This document shows, piece by piece, positions 18,807 to 29,112 of a stretch of DNA of 60,966 bases. The notes beneath the pieces are model-generated. The model saw only the letters and a list, made by a program, of their open reading frames with translations, did not search any database and was not told where the DNA came from. The first letter of the stretch is position 1; the number at the start of each line of letters is the position of its first letter. The DNA is from Campylobacterota bacterium (lineage in GTDB: Bacteria; Campylobacterota; Campylobacteria; Campylobacterales; Hydrogenimonadaceae). The stretch is from contig JAADEJ010000073.1 of assembly GCA_013153475.1 (NCBI GenBank), positions 1 to 60,966 of the forward strand, written 5' to 3'. The translations under genes were made by a program, and so were the position numbers.

Positions 18807-19619
18807 TTACCTTTTTTTGGCCCGTTTGTCAGGCAGAAAGATCATGGGGTCCACATAGACCCCCCTTATCAGCACCCCAAAATGCAGATGCGGCCCCGTG
18901 GCGCGGCCCGTGTGACCGACATAACCGATGATCTGCCCCTTTTTGACCCGCTCTCCCGGTTTGACGACATAACGCGAAAGGTGGGCATAGAGCGTCATCA
19001 CCCCTTTGCCGTGCTCCAAAAAGAGCAGGTTGCCGCTGAAAAAGAAGTTGCCCGCATCCGCCACCACGCCGTCCGCGACCGCCCGTACCGGCCTCCCCTC
19101 TTTGGCGGCGATATCTATGCCCCGGTGAGGGGCGCGTGGTTTGCCGTTGAAAAAACGGCGCAGACCGAAAAGTGAACTGATATGTCCCTTGAGAGGCCAG
19201 ATAAAATTCAGATCGGGGTTACGGTCACGGTGAAACGCCTTGGCCCGCCGTTTGCGGGGCGCCTCTTTGCGGATACGCCGGATATCGGCGGGGTTGGGGA
19301 TGACTTTGCGACGGTTTTTGATACGCAGATGCTGTTGGGGATAACGGTAATCGCGCACCTTCACCAGCTTGCGCCATACCTCTTTGCCTCGCCGGTAAAA
19401 GCGCAGGGTATAGGTACCCATCCCCACATCCAGCGGGATCGGCGCCAACGCCCACCAGCGCCCCTCACCAAAAAAAACGATCCCTTCACGATTGACAAAC
19501 CGTACCGATGTAACCGTAAGGTTGGAGGGGAGAGGTTCTATCACCACCCCGCCGGGACGGGGATCGGAAGAGGGCAGCGCATAAAGCAGCCAGGGAAGAA
19601 AAAGAAGCACCCATCGCAT
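18807..19619 (-). CDS. M23 family metallopeptidase with signal peptide
   Basis: HRGIDIA, YAHLS, TGRATGPHLHFG; start MRWVLLF. Confidence 0.92.
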   Translation of the reverse strand: MRWVLLFLPWLLYALPSSDPRPGGVVIEPLPSNLTVTSVRFVNREGIVFFGEGRWWALAPIPLDVGMGTYTLRFYRRGKEVWRKLVKVRDYRYPQQHLRIKNRRKVIPNPADIRRIRKEAPRKRRAKAFHRDRNPDLNFIWPLKGHISSLFGLRRFFNGKPRAPHRGIDIAAKEGRPVRAVADGVVADAGNFFFSGNLLFLEHGKGVMTLYAHLSRYVVKPGERVKKGQIIGYVGHTGRATGPHLHFGVLIRGVYVDPMIFLPDKRAKKR

Positions 19620-19626
19620 GGGTGCT

Positions 19627-19632
19627 ATTATA
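19627..19632 (-). promoter_or_regulatory. -10 box; probable leaderless M23 transcript
   Basis: gcTATAAT 7 nt before ATG 19619, no SD. Confidence 0.55.
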
Positions 19633-19638
19633 GCCGAG

Positions 19639-20874
19639 TCAGCTCCGTCTGGCAAATCCGCCCCGGCCTCGGGGCTTGTGACTGCCGAAATTTTGGCGAC
19701 GACGCCCGCCGCGAGCCTTGACGGGTTCGGGCTTGATGGAAGGGTCGGGGTGATACCCTTCGACCAAAACCTTCTCGATGCGCGCGCCGGTCAGCTTTTC
19801 GATTCGCTGCAACAGATGCCGCTCATCGATGCAGACCAGCGAGCAAGCCTCTCCGGCGTTTCCGGCTCTACCGGTGCGGCCGATACGGTGCACATAATCT
19901 TCGGCCACTTCGGGCAGGTCGAAGTTGACGACCTGACCCAGTTTGTCGATGTCGATGCCCCGGGCCGCCACGTCGGTAGCCACCAGCACGCGGACACGCC
20001 CATCTTTGAAGGCTTTAAGCGCTTTCATCCGCGCCGCCTGGGTCTTGTTGCCGTGGATGGAAGTGGCCGGCAGGCCGTCGGCGCTGAGCCTTCTGCTCAG
20101 TTTGTCGGCGCCGTGCTTGGTACGGGTAAAAACCAGCACCTGCTTCCAGTTGCGATCGCCGATGAGGAAGCTGAGCAGATCCGCCTTTTTGGCCTTGTCG
20201 ACAGGGTGGACCGTCTGCTTGATCCGTTCGGCGGCAGTGTTGTCCGCCGCGACGCTGATAAGCCTGGGATCATGCAAAATCGTGGCGCTAAGACGTTTGA
20301 TCTCCTTGGAAAAGGTGGCCGAAAAGAGCAGCGTCTGACGCTTATGCGGCAGGGCGGCGATGATCTTCTTGATGTCATGGATAAAGCCCATATCAAGCAT
20401 CCGATCCGCTTCGTCAAGCACCAGCATCTCCACATGGCTCAGGTCCAAATGACCCTGATTCAGGTGATCGAGCAGCCGGCCGGGGGTGGCGACGACGACG
20501 TCCACGCCGCTACGCAGCGCTTTGGTCTGGGGATAGATATTGACCCCGCCGTATATCTCGACGCTACGAATCCCCACATGACGGCCGTAGGACTTGAGAC
20601 TGGCGTGTACCTGTGCCGCCAATTCCCGGGTAGGGGTAAGCACCAGCGCGCGGATTTTTCGTTTGCCCTCACGTTTATGCGTAAAAAGCTTTTGCAGCAT
20701 CGGCAGGGTAAAGGCGGCGGTCTTGCCGGTACCCGTCTGGGCGGCGGCCATCAGGTCGTGCCCTTCAAGTACGGCGGGAATCGCTTCGGCCTGAATGGGT
20801 GTGGGTTCGGTATAGCCCTCCTCTTCGATAGCGCGAAGAATCGGTTGGGCAAGATGCAGTTGGGTAAATGTCAT
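19639..20874 (-). CDS. rhlE: DEAD-box RNA helicase (RhlE-like)
   Basis: [31 protein letters not shown]; basic tail. Confidence 0.9.
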   Translation of the reverse strand: MTFTQLHLAQPILRAIEEEGYTEPTPIQAEAIPAVLEGHDLMAAAQTGTGKTAAFTLPMLQKLFTHKREGKRKIRALVLTPTRELAAQVHASLKSYGRHVGIRSVEIYGGVNIYPQTKALRSGVDVVVATPGRLLDHLNQGHLDLSHVEMLVLDEADRMLDMGFIHDIKKIIAALPHKRQTLLFSATFSKEIKRLSATILHDPRLISVAADNTAAERIKQTVHPVDKAKKADLLSFLIGDRNWKQVLVFTRTKHGADKLSRRLSADGLPATSIHGNKTQAARMKALKAFKDGRVRVLVATDVAARGIDIDKLGQVVNFDLPEVAEDYVHRIGRTGRAGNAGEACSLVCIDERHLLQRIEKLTGARIEKVLVEGYHPDPSIKPEPVKARGGRRRQNFGSHKPRGRGGFARRS

Positions 20875-21049
20875 GGTATTGCTTTCTATGGCTCACCCGC
20901 CAACAGGTTCGGTCCCGGGCAAGACAGGGTGATAAATTTTGGGTGAGTATTCTTTTTGTATAGAGGGTAGTTGTGACGTACGCTTACTGAAGTCTACTCG
21001 CTCGGTTTGAGCATCAAAAGAGAGACCGAAAGTCTCAATTGGTAAGCGG

Positions 21050-21090
21050 AGTATAGCCCAATTGCTTCCAAATAGCAAGCCCGCTATAAT
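21050..21090. promoter_or_regulatory. Overlapping divergent sigma70 promoters (rhlE / FAH operon)
   Basis: - strand TTGCTA-17-TATACT (21078-21050); + strand TTGCTT-17-TATAAT (21062-21090). Confidence 0.7.
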
Positions 21091-21096
21091 ACGGCC

Positions 21097-21708
21097 ATGC
21101 AAACCGTTACCTTTCTTGATCAGACCCTCACCCCTTCCAAAGTCGTCTGCGTGGGCAGAAACTATGTCGCCCACATTGAAGAGCTGGGCAATGAGATGCC
21201 TGAAAGTATGGTGCTTTTTTGCAAACCCAACTCCGCCGTCACCCGGAAATTGCGCCACTTTACGCCCCACACCCGCTTTGAAGGCGAGATCTGCCTGCTG
21301 ATGGGCGAAGCCGGCCGGGTGGCGGGCGTGGGGTTCGGGTTTGATCTGACCCACGCCCATATCCAGCAATACCTCAAAACAAAGGGCCTGCCGTGGGAAC
21401 GGGCCAAGGCCTTTGACGGCAGTGCCGTCTTCACCGCTTTTGTTTCAGCCCCGAAAAACTTTGAGCGCCTGGGCTTTCGCCTCTGGCAAAACGACACCCT
21501 TGTGCAGGAGGCCCATACCGGCCTGATGATCCACAAACCGCCCGCCATCATAAAAGAGATCCAAAGCTTCATGCGTCTTCTACCCGGCGACATCGTCATG
21601 ACCGGCACCCCCAGGGGGGTGGGCACCTATGAGAAAGGAGATCGGTTCAGGGTGGCGCTTGTTGACGGGGATGCTATACTTATTGAAAAAGAGTGGACCG
21701 TTAGATGA
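21097..21708 (+). CDS. Fumarylacetoacetate hydrolase family protein
   Basis: KVVCVGRNYVAH, FEGE, DLT, WERAKAFD, GDIVMTGTPRGVG. Confidence 0.93.
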   Translation: MQTVTFLDQTLTPSKVVCVGRNYVAHIEELGNEMPESMVLFCKPNSAVTRKLRHFTPHTRFEGEICLLMGEAGRVAGVGFGFDLTHAHIQQYLKTKGLPWERAKAFDGSAVFTAFVSAPKNFERLGFRLWQNDTLVQEAHTGLMIHKPPAIIKEIQSFMRLLPGDIVMTGTPRGVGTYEKGDRFRVALVDGDAILIEKEWTVR

Positions 21709-22112
21709 TAGACAAAAGCCGACTGCCCCGGGTAGCCAAAGCGCAGATGAACACCGTGCACGAAGAGGAACTTGAACGCATCAACACCCTGCTGACTGCC
21801 TTGAAAGAGAGCGACGACAACGCGATAACCAAAGCCGTGGAGTCACTGCTGGCGCACATGAAAGAGCATTTCGATTATGAAGAGGGGATGCTGAAAAACC
21901 GGGGATTTGGGATGTTCGAGATTCACCGAAGCGACCATACCCGCATCATGAACGAAACCCGCATGGCTTATATGAACTGGCGGAATTTTCGTGACAGGGA
22001 GGCGTTACGGGAATTTATAAAGGAGGATTTTATGGAGTGGCTTGATTTTCATATTCAGGCCATGGACAGCGTGGCGGCCGACTTTCTGGTGCAACAAGAG
22101 AGGGCGCGATGA
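21705..22112 (+). CDS. Single-domain (bacterio)hemerythrin
   Basis: H...HFDYEE...HRSDH...WLDFHIQAMD: complete di-iron ligand set. Confidence 0.88.
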   Translation: MIDKSRLPRVAKAQMNTVHEEELERINTLLTALKESDDNAITKAVESLLAHMKEHFDYEEGMLKNRGFGMFEIHRSDHTRIMNETRMAYMNWRNFRDREALREFIKEDFMEWLDFHIQAMDSVAADFLVQQERAR

Positions 22113-22855
22113 CCGTTCTGTTTGCCCCCAGCGAGAGCAAACGCCCCGGCGGCGACCTCCCGCCGATCAATCGGGAAGCCTTCTGCCTTCCCCCACTGTT
22201 TCCCAGGCGGCTTGAAGCCCTCAAAGCCTACGACACTTTCATCAAAAAGGCCGATACCGCCGGGCTTAAAAAGCTCTTTGGCCTCAAAAAAGCGGAAGAG
22301 ATCGCCCGCTATCGCGCCATCGACATTTTCAGCGCCCCCACCATGAAGGCCGTGGCGCGCTACAACGGGGTCGCTTATACCCACCTGGCGTACGAGACGC
22401 TTGACAAGCGGGCCCAAACCTATGTGGATGACAACCTCATCATCTTCTCCAACCTCTTTGGCCCGGTCTGCGCCAAAGACTCTCTTCCCGATTACAAGCT
22501 CAAACAGGGTGAGCGCCTCGGCGATTTTGTGCCGGAGCGGTTCTATCGGGCGCACTTCACCGACGCGTTGACGGCGTATCTCAAGGCCCGGGGCCCGGTG
22601 GTGGATCTTCGGGCGGGCTTTTACGAAAAGTTCTACCGCATCCCATTGCCCCATATCACCATGAAGTTTCTCAAAAACAACAAAGCCGTCAGCCACTGGG
22701 CCAAAGCCTACCGGGGAATCGTTTTGAAAGAGATGGCCGACAATAATATTCAAAACGAAGCGGATTTAAAAGCCATGGATATAGAGGGCCTTGCCGTCAA
22801 AGAGATCAGGGAGGGGGCGTTAAAAAAAGAGATTGTCTACGAGATTGTCTCATGA
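22109..22855 (+). CDS. yaaA: YaaA (UPF0246) peroxide stress/DNA-binding protein
   Basis: LFAPSESK, AVARYNGVAY, SNLFG, YKLK, VSHWAKAYRG. Confidence 0.88.
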   Translation: MTVLFAPSESKRPGGDLPPINREAFCLPPLFPRRLEALKAYDTFIKKADTAGLKKLFGLKKAEEIARYRAIDIFSAPTMKAVARYNGVAYTHLAYETLDKRAQTYVDDNLIIFSNLFGPVCAKDSLPDYKLKQGERLGDFVPERFYRAHFTDALTAYLKARGPVVDLRAGFYEKFYRIPLPHITMKFLKNNKAVSHWAKAYRGIVLKEMADNNIQNEADLKAMDIEGLAVKEIREGALKKEIVYEIVS

Positions 22856-23616
22856 GTTGCGAAACCCTTCCTGCCGATTCCATAGATTTTTGTATGCTCG
22901 ATTACGCATGCAGTTACCTGCCCGAGCAGAAGACCCGTATGTACTACCGCTATATGCGCCACGCTTCCAAAACAGAGGCAAGTGCGTTGGTGCGCCGGGG
23001 GTGGCGGCGGTTCGGGTGTTACTTTTTTCACCCCATCTGCGCCCGCTGCAACGCCTGCAAAAACCTGCGAATCGACGCGCAAAACTTTCATCCCAGCCGT
23101 TCCCAGAAACGGGTGATGAAAAAAAACCGCGCCACCATGCTCTATATCCGCAAGCCCTCCATGACCAGGGAACACCTTGAGCTCTACAACCGTTTCCATG
23201 AGTACAAAAGCGGGGTTTCGGGATGGAAATATACCCCCATCACCCCGCAACACTACTATGAAAACTTCGTAGACGGCGCCCATGATTTCGGCAAAGAGGT
23301 GCTCTACTTTATTGATGACAGACTGGTGGGCGTGGACCTGATCGACCTGACCGACGACGGGATCAGTTCGGTCTATTTTTTTTACGATCCCGACTACGCC
23401 AAATTCTCCCTGGGGGTCTACTCACTCTTGATGCAGATCCACTTTGCCCGCCAGATGGGCCTGCGCTGGATCTATCTGGGCTACTGGGTGGACGGGTGCG
23501 GGAGCTTTGCTTATAAGATGGATTACAAACCGATGCAGATACTGGAAGGGTTTCCCCCATTGGAGGAGGAGCCGGCGTGGCGGCCTATTGGGCCAACGCC
23601 GTACGAATCGTCTTGA
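22852..23616 (+). CDS. Arginyl/Asp-Glu-leucyl tRNA-protein transferase (Ate/Bpt)
   Basis: CSYLP, GWRRFG, PICARCNAC, SSVYFFYDPD, SLG, YLGYWV. Confidence 0.92.
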   Translation: MSCETLPADSIDFCMLDYACSYLPEQKTRMYYRYMRHASKTEASALVRRGWRRFGCYFFHPICARCNACKNLRIDAQNFHPSRSQKRVMKKNRATMLYIRKPSMTREHLELYNRFHEYKSGVSGWKYTPITPQHYYENFVDGAHDFGKEVLYFIDDRLVGVDLIDLTDDGISSVYFFYDPDYAKFSLGVYSLLMQIHFARQMGLRWIYLGYWVDGCGSFAYKMDYKPMQILEGFPPLEEEPAWRPIGPTPYESS

Positions 23617-24100
23617 AAATTGTCTCAAACTCGCTTGGGGGAATCTTGCCCGCTTTGTAGTAGAGCACTTTACCCTCTTTGGAGATGACGGCAAAGTTGG
23701 CGTCATCGTCGGCCATACCCCATACCTTGACCCCCTTTTTGTGGAGATCTTTGACATAAACGGTATCGGGAAACTTTTTCTGTTTCGACTTCAACGCCGC
23801 GGCAATGGCAAAATTGGGCATCCAGGTCGCCGCCATATTCACAATCGCCACACTCCGGTAACCGCGACGGTCAAAGTGTTGGGCATGAAGGGCGTCGGCA
23901 AAGGCTTCGTTGAGATCTTTCTTATCGGGGTCCATATAAAAGATAACGGTCACCTTGCCAAGCAGTGTAGAAGAGTCAAAGGGCGTGCCGTCGGCTTTTC
24001 CCCCCTCATCTTGGGCAAGGGTCAACCGGGGAAGGGGTGCCCCGGTCTCCAGCGCATAGAGCGATAATGTCAACAGCAAAGCGCCAATCAGAGCCCTCAT
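23585..24100 (-). CDS. YtfJ-family / redoxin-fold exported protein
   Basis: Signal peptide, GKVTVIFY.DPD..DLN, AIVNMAATW. Confidence 0.7.
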   Translation of the reverse strand: MRALIGALLLTLSLYALETGAPLPRLTLAQDEGGKADGTPFDSSTLLGKVTVIFYMDPDKKDLNEAFADALHAQHFDRRGYRSVAIVNMAATWMPNFAIAAALKSKQKKFPDTVYVKDLHKKGVKVWGMADDDANFAVISKEGKVLYYKAGKIPPSEFETIFKTIRTALAQ

Positions 24101-26037
24101 GACGCTGAAATCTCCAGCGCTCTTTCGACCACCGCGTCGATGGTAAAGCCGAAGTGTTTAAAGAGATCGCCCGCCTTGCCGCTGGCGCCAAAACTCTCCA
24201 TACGCATCACCGCGTCGGCCAGCCGGTACCACTCCAAGCCGCTGGCGGCCTCGACGGCCAGGACTTTGGTGGCGGGATCGATGACCGCGTCGATATAGGA
24301 GCGGGGTTGCTCCAAAAAGAGTTCAAAACAGGGCACGCTCACCACGTTGGCCATCACCCCCTTCTCTTCCAGGTGACAACCGGCTTTGAGCGCCGTCATC
24401 ACCTCGCTTCCGGTGGCTACCAGCGTCAGGGTCGCGCCTTCGCGCCGTTTGATCAGGTAACCGCCCTTTTCGGGCGCGCCGTAGTCAACCTCTTTTTTGA
24501 GGGTTTTGAGTTTCTGGCGGCTGAGCACAAACCCGCAGGGGCGATCGGCTTGAAGTGCCACCTTCCAGCAGGCAACGTTTTCGCTCGCGTCGGCCGGGCG
24601 GAAGGTGTAAAAGCCCGGCAGGGCCCGGAACTGGCTGAGATGTTCGATCGGCTGGTGGGTCGGGCCGTCCTCGCCCACGCCGATACTATCATGCGTCCAG
24701 ACAAAAAAGTGCTTCAATCCCGACAGCGCCGCCACGCGTACCGCCGGTTTGAGGTAGTCGCTAAAGACAAAGAAGGTGGCGGTAAAGGGCAACAGCGGGC
24801 CGTAGGCGGCCATGCCGTTACCGATCGCCGCCATGGCGTGCTCACGGATACCGAAGTGGATATTCTTACCCTTCGGAAACTCGCCCATGCCTTTGAGCTC
24901 GGTCTTGTTGGAAGGGGCCAGGTCGGCACTGCCGCCCAGAAAGCCGGGCAGGGCTTTGGCGATGGCGTTGAGGATCTTGCCGTTACTGTCGCGGGTGGCC
25001 ACTTCGGCGCCCTCTTCAAACTCAGGCCAGACAATGGCGTCAAAATCAGGGTTTTCCAGCCGCGCCAGGGCTTCGTTTTGCTCAATGTAGGGGGTCTGCT
25101 TGAGCAGGTGGCGCCACTCCCTTTCGGCCAGCTCACCCTTTTCAACCGCACAGCGAAAACGCGCCAGCACGTCGTCGGGAACGTAAAAGCTCTCCTTCGC
25201 AGGAAAGCCCGCTACCTCTTTGGCCCGGGCAATCAGCTCTTCCCCCAGAGGCGCCCCGTGACTCTCATGAGAGCCCTGCATCTCCAGCGCCCCTTTGGCG
25301 ATCATGGTATGGGCGATAATGAGCACCGGCTTGTCCGCTGTTTTGGCCTCTTTGAGCGCGTTGTCGATCTGCGTATAGTCGTGGCCGTCAATCTCCAGCA
25401 CCTTCCAATCCTGCGCCTCGAACCGCAGTCGCACATCCTCGGTCCAGGCCAGCGACGTATCCCCCTCAATGGTGATACGGTTGGAGTCATAGATCAAAAC
25501 CAGGTTATCCAGGGCGTAACGGCCCGCCACGGCGCACGCCTCGTAGCTGATACCCTCCATCAAATCGCCGTCGCCGCAAAGGCAGTAGACGGTATGGTCG
25601 ATGATTTTGGCGGTTTCGGTATTGACCAGATTGGCGCAATATTTGGCGGCCATGGCCATACCCACGGCATTGGCCACCCCCTGCCCCAACGGCCCGGTGG
25701 TGATCTCCACCCCCGGCGTGTGGCCGTACTCGGGGTGGCCCGGGGTTTTGGATCCCAGCTGGCGGAAGTTTTTCAGATCTTCCAGGCTGACATCATACCC
25801 CCACAGATACAACAGCGAGTAGACCAGTCCCGTGGCGTGCCCGCCGCTAAAGACCAGCCGGTCACGGTTGAGCCACTTGGGGTTATTGGGGTTGTGTACC
25901 ATATGCTCGGAGAGCACCGTAGCGATATCGGCCAGTCCCATCGGCGCGCCGGGGTGCCCGCTGTTTGCCTTTTGAATCATATCCGCCGCCAAAAAGCGGA
26001 TCGTATCCGCCATCTTTTTCATCATTGCACTGTCCAT
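24097..26037 (-). CDS. tkt: Transketolase
   Basis: SGHPGAPMG, GDGDLMEG, HDSIGVGEDGPTHQP; start MDSAMMK. Confidence 0.97.
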   Translation of the reverse strand: MDSAMMKKMADTIRFLAADMIQKANSGHPGAPMGLADIATVLSEHMVHNPNNPKWLNRDRLVFSGGHATGLVYSLLYLWGYDVSLEDLKNFRQLGSKTPGHPEYGHTPGVEITTGPLGQGVANAVGMAMAAKYCANLVNTETAKIIDHTVYCLCGDGDLMEGISYEACAVAGRYALDNLVLIYDSNRITIEGDTSLAWTEDVRLRFEAQDWKVLEIDGHDYTQIDNALKEAKTADKPVLIIAHTMIAKGALEMQGSHESHGAPLGEELIARAKEVAGFPAKESFYVPDDVLARFRCAVEKGELAEREWRHLLKQTPYIEQNEALARLENPDFDAIVWPEFEEGAEVATRDSNGKILNAIAKALPGFLGGSADLAPSNKTELKGMGEFPKGKNIHFGIREHAMAAIGNGMAAYGPLLPFTATFFVFSDYLKPAVRVAALSGLKHFFVWTHDSIGVGEDGPTHQPIEHLSQFRALPGFYTFRPADASENVACWKVALQADRPCGFVLSRQKLKTLKKEVDYGAPEKGGYLIKRREGATLTLVATGSEVMTALKAGCHLEEKGVMANVVSVPCFELFLEQPRSYIDAVIDPATKVLAVEAASGLEWYRLADAVMRMESFGASGKAGDLFKHFGFTIDAVVERALEISAS

Positions 26038-26080
26038 CCGGTCAATCCTTGTTTTTATAAACGGTAAAGAGTAGATGCCC

Positions 26081-26950
26081 TTAACACCCACTCTTTGCCG
26101 TTTGACGATGCCGCGTAAGGTAGGGTGCCAGCAAACGCGCCAGCCCCTCCCTCAACGCAGGCGAGAAACGGGCCAACCGCTTTTCGATCTTCTCCACCAA
26201 CCCGTCGGCCCGCCGACAGCTCTCTTGGAGCCCAAACAGGTTCACGTAGCTGTTTTTCTGCCCGTCAACCCCGGTGGTTTTGCCCGCCTCCTCGGCGCTT
26301 TGGGTCGCGTCCAGGATGTCATCTTGAATCTGAAAAAGCAGGCCCACATCCAGGCCAAAATCGTACAGCTCCGCCTGAATCTCGGTGGAGAGCCCGGCGA
26401 TCACGCCCCCCATCTTCAGAGACACGGCGATCAGGCGACCCGTTTTGTACTCGTGCAGAAAATCGACCTGCTCGGGCGTCAGGCGCTCTCCTTCAAAACG
26501 GCAGTCGATCGCCTGTCCCAGCACCATGCCCCCGATGCCGCCGTTATAGGCCAGCTCACGCACCAGTGCCGTTTTCACGTCATCACGCAGTGGGGCCGTG
26601 GCGATCAGGTAAAAGGCGTGGGTATTGAGCGCGTCACCCACCAGCACCGCCGTCACCTCGTCAAAGCGCTTGTGCAGTGTCGGCTCTCCCCGGCGCAGAT
26701 CGGCGTTGTCCATCACCGGCAGATCGTCATGAATCAGCGAGTAGGTATGAAACATCTCCACCGCCAGCGCCACCGGGTAGGCCCCTTCAACCAGCAGGGG
26801 CGCGCAACTTCGCACCACCGTCAGCAAAAGCCCGGGACGAAACCGCTTGCCGCCCGCTGTCAGCATCGTTTTGAGCGCCGTGTCGAAGGTGGGGTGGAAG
26901 CTGGGGGCTTCGGGAAGGTGGGATTGCAGATAGGCTTCAAAATCTCTCAT
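26081..26950 (-). CDS. ispA: Geranyltranstransferase / polyprenyl synthetase
   Basis: GGKRFRP, SLIHDDLP.MD, RRG, FQIQDDILD. Confidence 0.93.
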   Translation of the reverse strand: MRDFEAYLQSHLPEAPSFHPTFDTALKTMLTAGGKRFRPGLLLTVVRSCAPLLVEGAYPVALAVEMFHTYSLIHDDLPVMDNADLRRGEPTLHKRFDEVTAVLVGDALNTHAFYLIATAPLRDDVKTALVRELAYNGGIGGMVLGQAIDCRFEGERLTPEQVDFLHEYKTGRLIAVSLKMGGVIAGLSTEIQAELYDFGLDVGLLFQIQDDILDATQSAEEAGKTTGVDGQKNSYVNLFGLQESCRRADGLVEKIEKRLARFSPALREGLARLLAPYLTRHRQTAKSGC

Positions 26951-26976
26951 GGCACCGGCTTTGAAATTTTGGGCGA

Positions 26977-27960
26977 TTATAGCCTAAAGGGACGCAAAAA
27001 AAACTGAAAACCCGCCCGCTCCCAAAGGAGTTTTCGGGGTTTTTTGCCCGCGACGGCCAGACGGCTCATCACCTTGCGCACCGCTTCGGCGTTGTCTACC
27101 CGCTCACCCTCCACCGCCAACAGTCGATCACCCGCCTTCAGCCCCGCCTTTTGCGCCTCTGAACCGGGCAGGAGGCTTTGAACGCGCAATCGGTCGTCAA
27201 AGCGGATGCCAAAACGCTCCAAAAAGGTATCGCTCACCCGGCCGCCGCCAAAACGGCGCATACAGCGGGCCGATATTTTAAGCGCCTTATCCCGGCGCGC
27301 CACCAGCACCCCTATGCGCTCCCCTTCCCGGCACCGGTCGATCCGGTCCATCGCCTCATAGGTATTGGGCGCTTTCATGGTCGCCAACCCCACCAGGCGG
27401 TCGCCCGGCAAAAAGCGGGTCTCGGCGAAGGGATCGACCCATTTGATCGTCGGTCGGCTCTTTGAGGCGTCCAGCCGCATCCCCAATGTGCCGTGGAAAG
27501 TGTCGTTTTTGAGCAGTCGGCGAATCATGGCGGCGTCATACCAGCGCCCTTTCGCGTCGCTGATGCCTGCCAGTCGGCAACAAAGCGCCATCAACGCCCC
27601 CTCTTCGCCCGGTTTGCCGGCCAGCTTTCCGGGCAGTAGCGCCACGGGGTAGGTACGCACCCTGGCCGGCTCCCTCTTGCCGCCCGCACAAAGCGCCAGC
27701 GGCGCCTCCCGCTCTTTTGCCAGCGGCAAAGGGCGTCCGCCGGGGGCGCGAAAAAGCACCAATCCCAGCATGATATCCCGCGCCTCGGCCGATTTGCCCG
27801 CCGGCAGATGGAGCGAAACAAAACGCCCCTTCGCCACCTCATAGGCCCAATGGCCGTCAAATAACTGAATACTTTTTGGGAAAAAACGGCTACACGATTC
27901 TGCCCACAGCGCAGAAAGAAAAAAGAGAGAAAAAGCGAGAAAGCGAAGGGGTCGCATCAC
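26977..27960 (-). CDS. Exported PDZ-domain protein
   Basis: Signal peptide, [26 protein letters not shown]; sits between ybaB and ispA. Confidence 0.8.
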   Translation of the reverse strand: MMRPLRFLAFSLFFLSALWAESCSRFFPKSIQLFDGHWAYEVAKGRFVSLHLPAGKSAEARDIMLGLVLFRAPGGRPLPLAKEREAPLALCAGGKREPARVRTYPVALLPGKLAGKPGEEGALMALCCRLAGISDAKGRWYDAAMIRRLLKNDTFHGTLGMRLDASKSRPTIKWVDPFAETRFLPGDRLVGLATMKAPNTYEAMDRIDRCREGERIGVLVARRDKALKISARCMRRFGGGRVSDTFLERFGIRFDDRLRVQSLLPGSEAQKAGLKAGDRLLAVEGERVDNAEAVRKVMSRLAVAGKKPRKLLWERAGFQFFLRPFRL

Positions 27961-28283
27961 CCCTGCCCGCCGCCGGCAAAGGGATTCATGCCGCCCAACG
28001 CGCTCATGGCGGCGTTTTTGCGGTTATCCTCCACCATCTTCATCACATCGTTGACGGCGGAGATCAGAAGAATCTGCAAAGCCTCTTTGTCCTCGAGCAA
28101 AGAGTCGTCAATCTCAATGTCAACCACCTCACCCTTGCCGTTGGCGGTCACTTTCACCAATCCGCCGCCGCTCTTGGCGGTAAGCTCGACCGACTCGGCC
28201 CGCTCTTCGATCTCCCTGGCCTTCTTCTGCGCCTCTTCCAGCAGTTTGGCCAGATCGCCCATACTGCCGAGTTCCTCGAACAT
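27957..28283 (-). CDS. ybaB: YbaB/EbfC nucleoid-associated protein
   Basis: [12 protein letters not shown]...[17 protein letters not shown]. Confidence 0.93.
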   Translation of the reverse strand: MFEELGSMGDLAKLLEEAQKKAREIEERAESVELTAKSGGGLVKVTANGKGEVVDIEIDDSLLEDKEALQILLISAVNDVMKMVEDNRKNAAMSALGGMNPFAGGGQG

Positions 28284-28651
28284 TACAGCTCCTCGTGCAC
28301 GGCTGCGATGGTGTTTTCGTGCTCGTTCATCAGCACGATGGTGGGCTTGTAGCTCTTTAGCTCTTCTTCCTCATAGGAGGCGTAGGCGACAATGATGATC
28401 TTGTCGCCCGGATGGGCCTTGCGCGCCGCCGCGCCGTTGAGACAAATATCGCCCTTGCCCCGCTCACCCCGGATGATGTAGGTGCTAAAGCGCTCCCCGT
28501 TGTTGATATTGAGAATCTCCACCTTCTGCCCTACCCGCATCCTGGCGGCGTCAAGCAGATCCTCGTCGATGGTGATGGAGCCGACATAGTTGAGGTTGGC
28601 GTCCGTCACCGTGGCGCGGTGGATTTTGGCATACAGCATCTCAATGCGCAT
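28283..28651 (-). CDS. panD: Aspartate 1-decarboxylase
   Basis: [31 protein letters not shown]. Confidence 0.97.
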   Translation of the reverse strand: MRIEMLYAKIHRATVTDANLNYVGSITIDEDLLDAARMRVGQKVEILNINNGERFSTYIIRGERGKGDICLNGAAARKAHPGDKIIIVAYASYEEEELKSYKPTIVLMNEHENTIAAVHEEL

Positions 28652-28654
28652 GGT

Positions 28655-29032
28655 TTAGATCGCTCCGCTCATCTTCATGGCCTGCTCGGGAGAGAGGGGC
28701 TCATCCCAGGCTTCCGCCTCGATCATGAACTCCTCCACCGGCCGTCCGCCGATAATGTGTTCGTCGATAATGCGGTCGATTTTTTCTTTGGTCAGGTGCG
28801 CGTACATCACGTGTCCCGGCTCTACCAGCATCACCGGACCGTATTGACAGCGGTTCAGACACCCCGTGCGCACCGGCTGAACGGTAGCGATGAGCCCCTT
28901 TTCCATCAGCCGCTGGGCCAGGTGCTGAAAAATGTCACGGGTCTCGTTGGTGACACAACTGGGGCGAGGCATACCCGGAGGGGCCGATTGCTCGCACTTG
29001 AAGATGTAAAACGCCGGTTGAGGAATACCCAT
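28655..29032 (-). CDS. Thioredoxin-like [2Fe-2S] ferredoxin
   Basis: C-x12-C ... TGCLNRCQYGP, MY, IIDEHIIGG. Confidence 0.88.
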   Translation of the reverse strand: MGIPQPAFYIFKCEQSAPPGMPRPSCVTNETRDIFQHLAQRLMEKGLIATVQPVRTGCLNRCQYGPVMLVEPGHVMYAHLTKEKIDRIIDEHIIGGRPVEEFMIEAEAWDEPLSPEQAMKMSGAI

Positions 29033-29112
29033 ACCATGCTCCTTAATTCAGATAAATTTTCTCCAAATTATAATCTTCCCCTCTTAAGGGGTCTTGATAC
29101 CGATATTTTACC

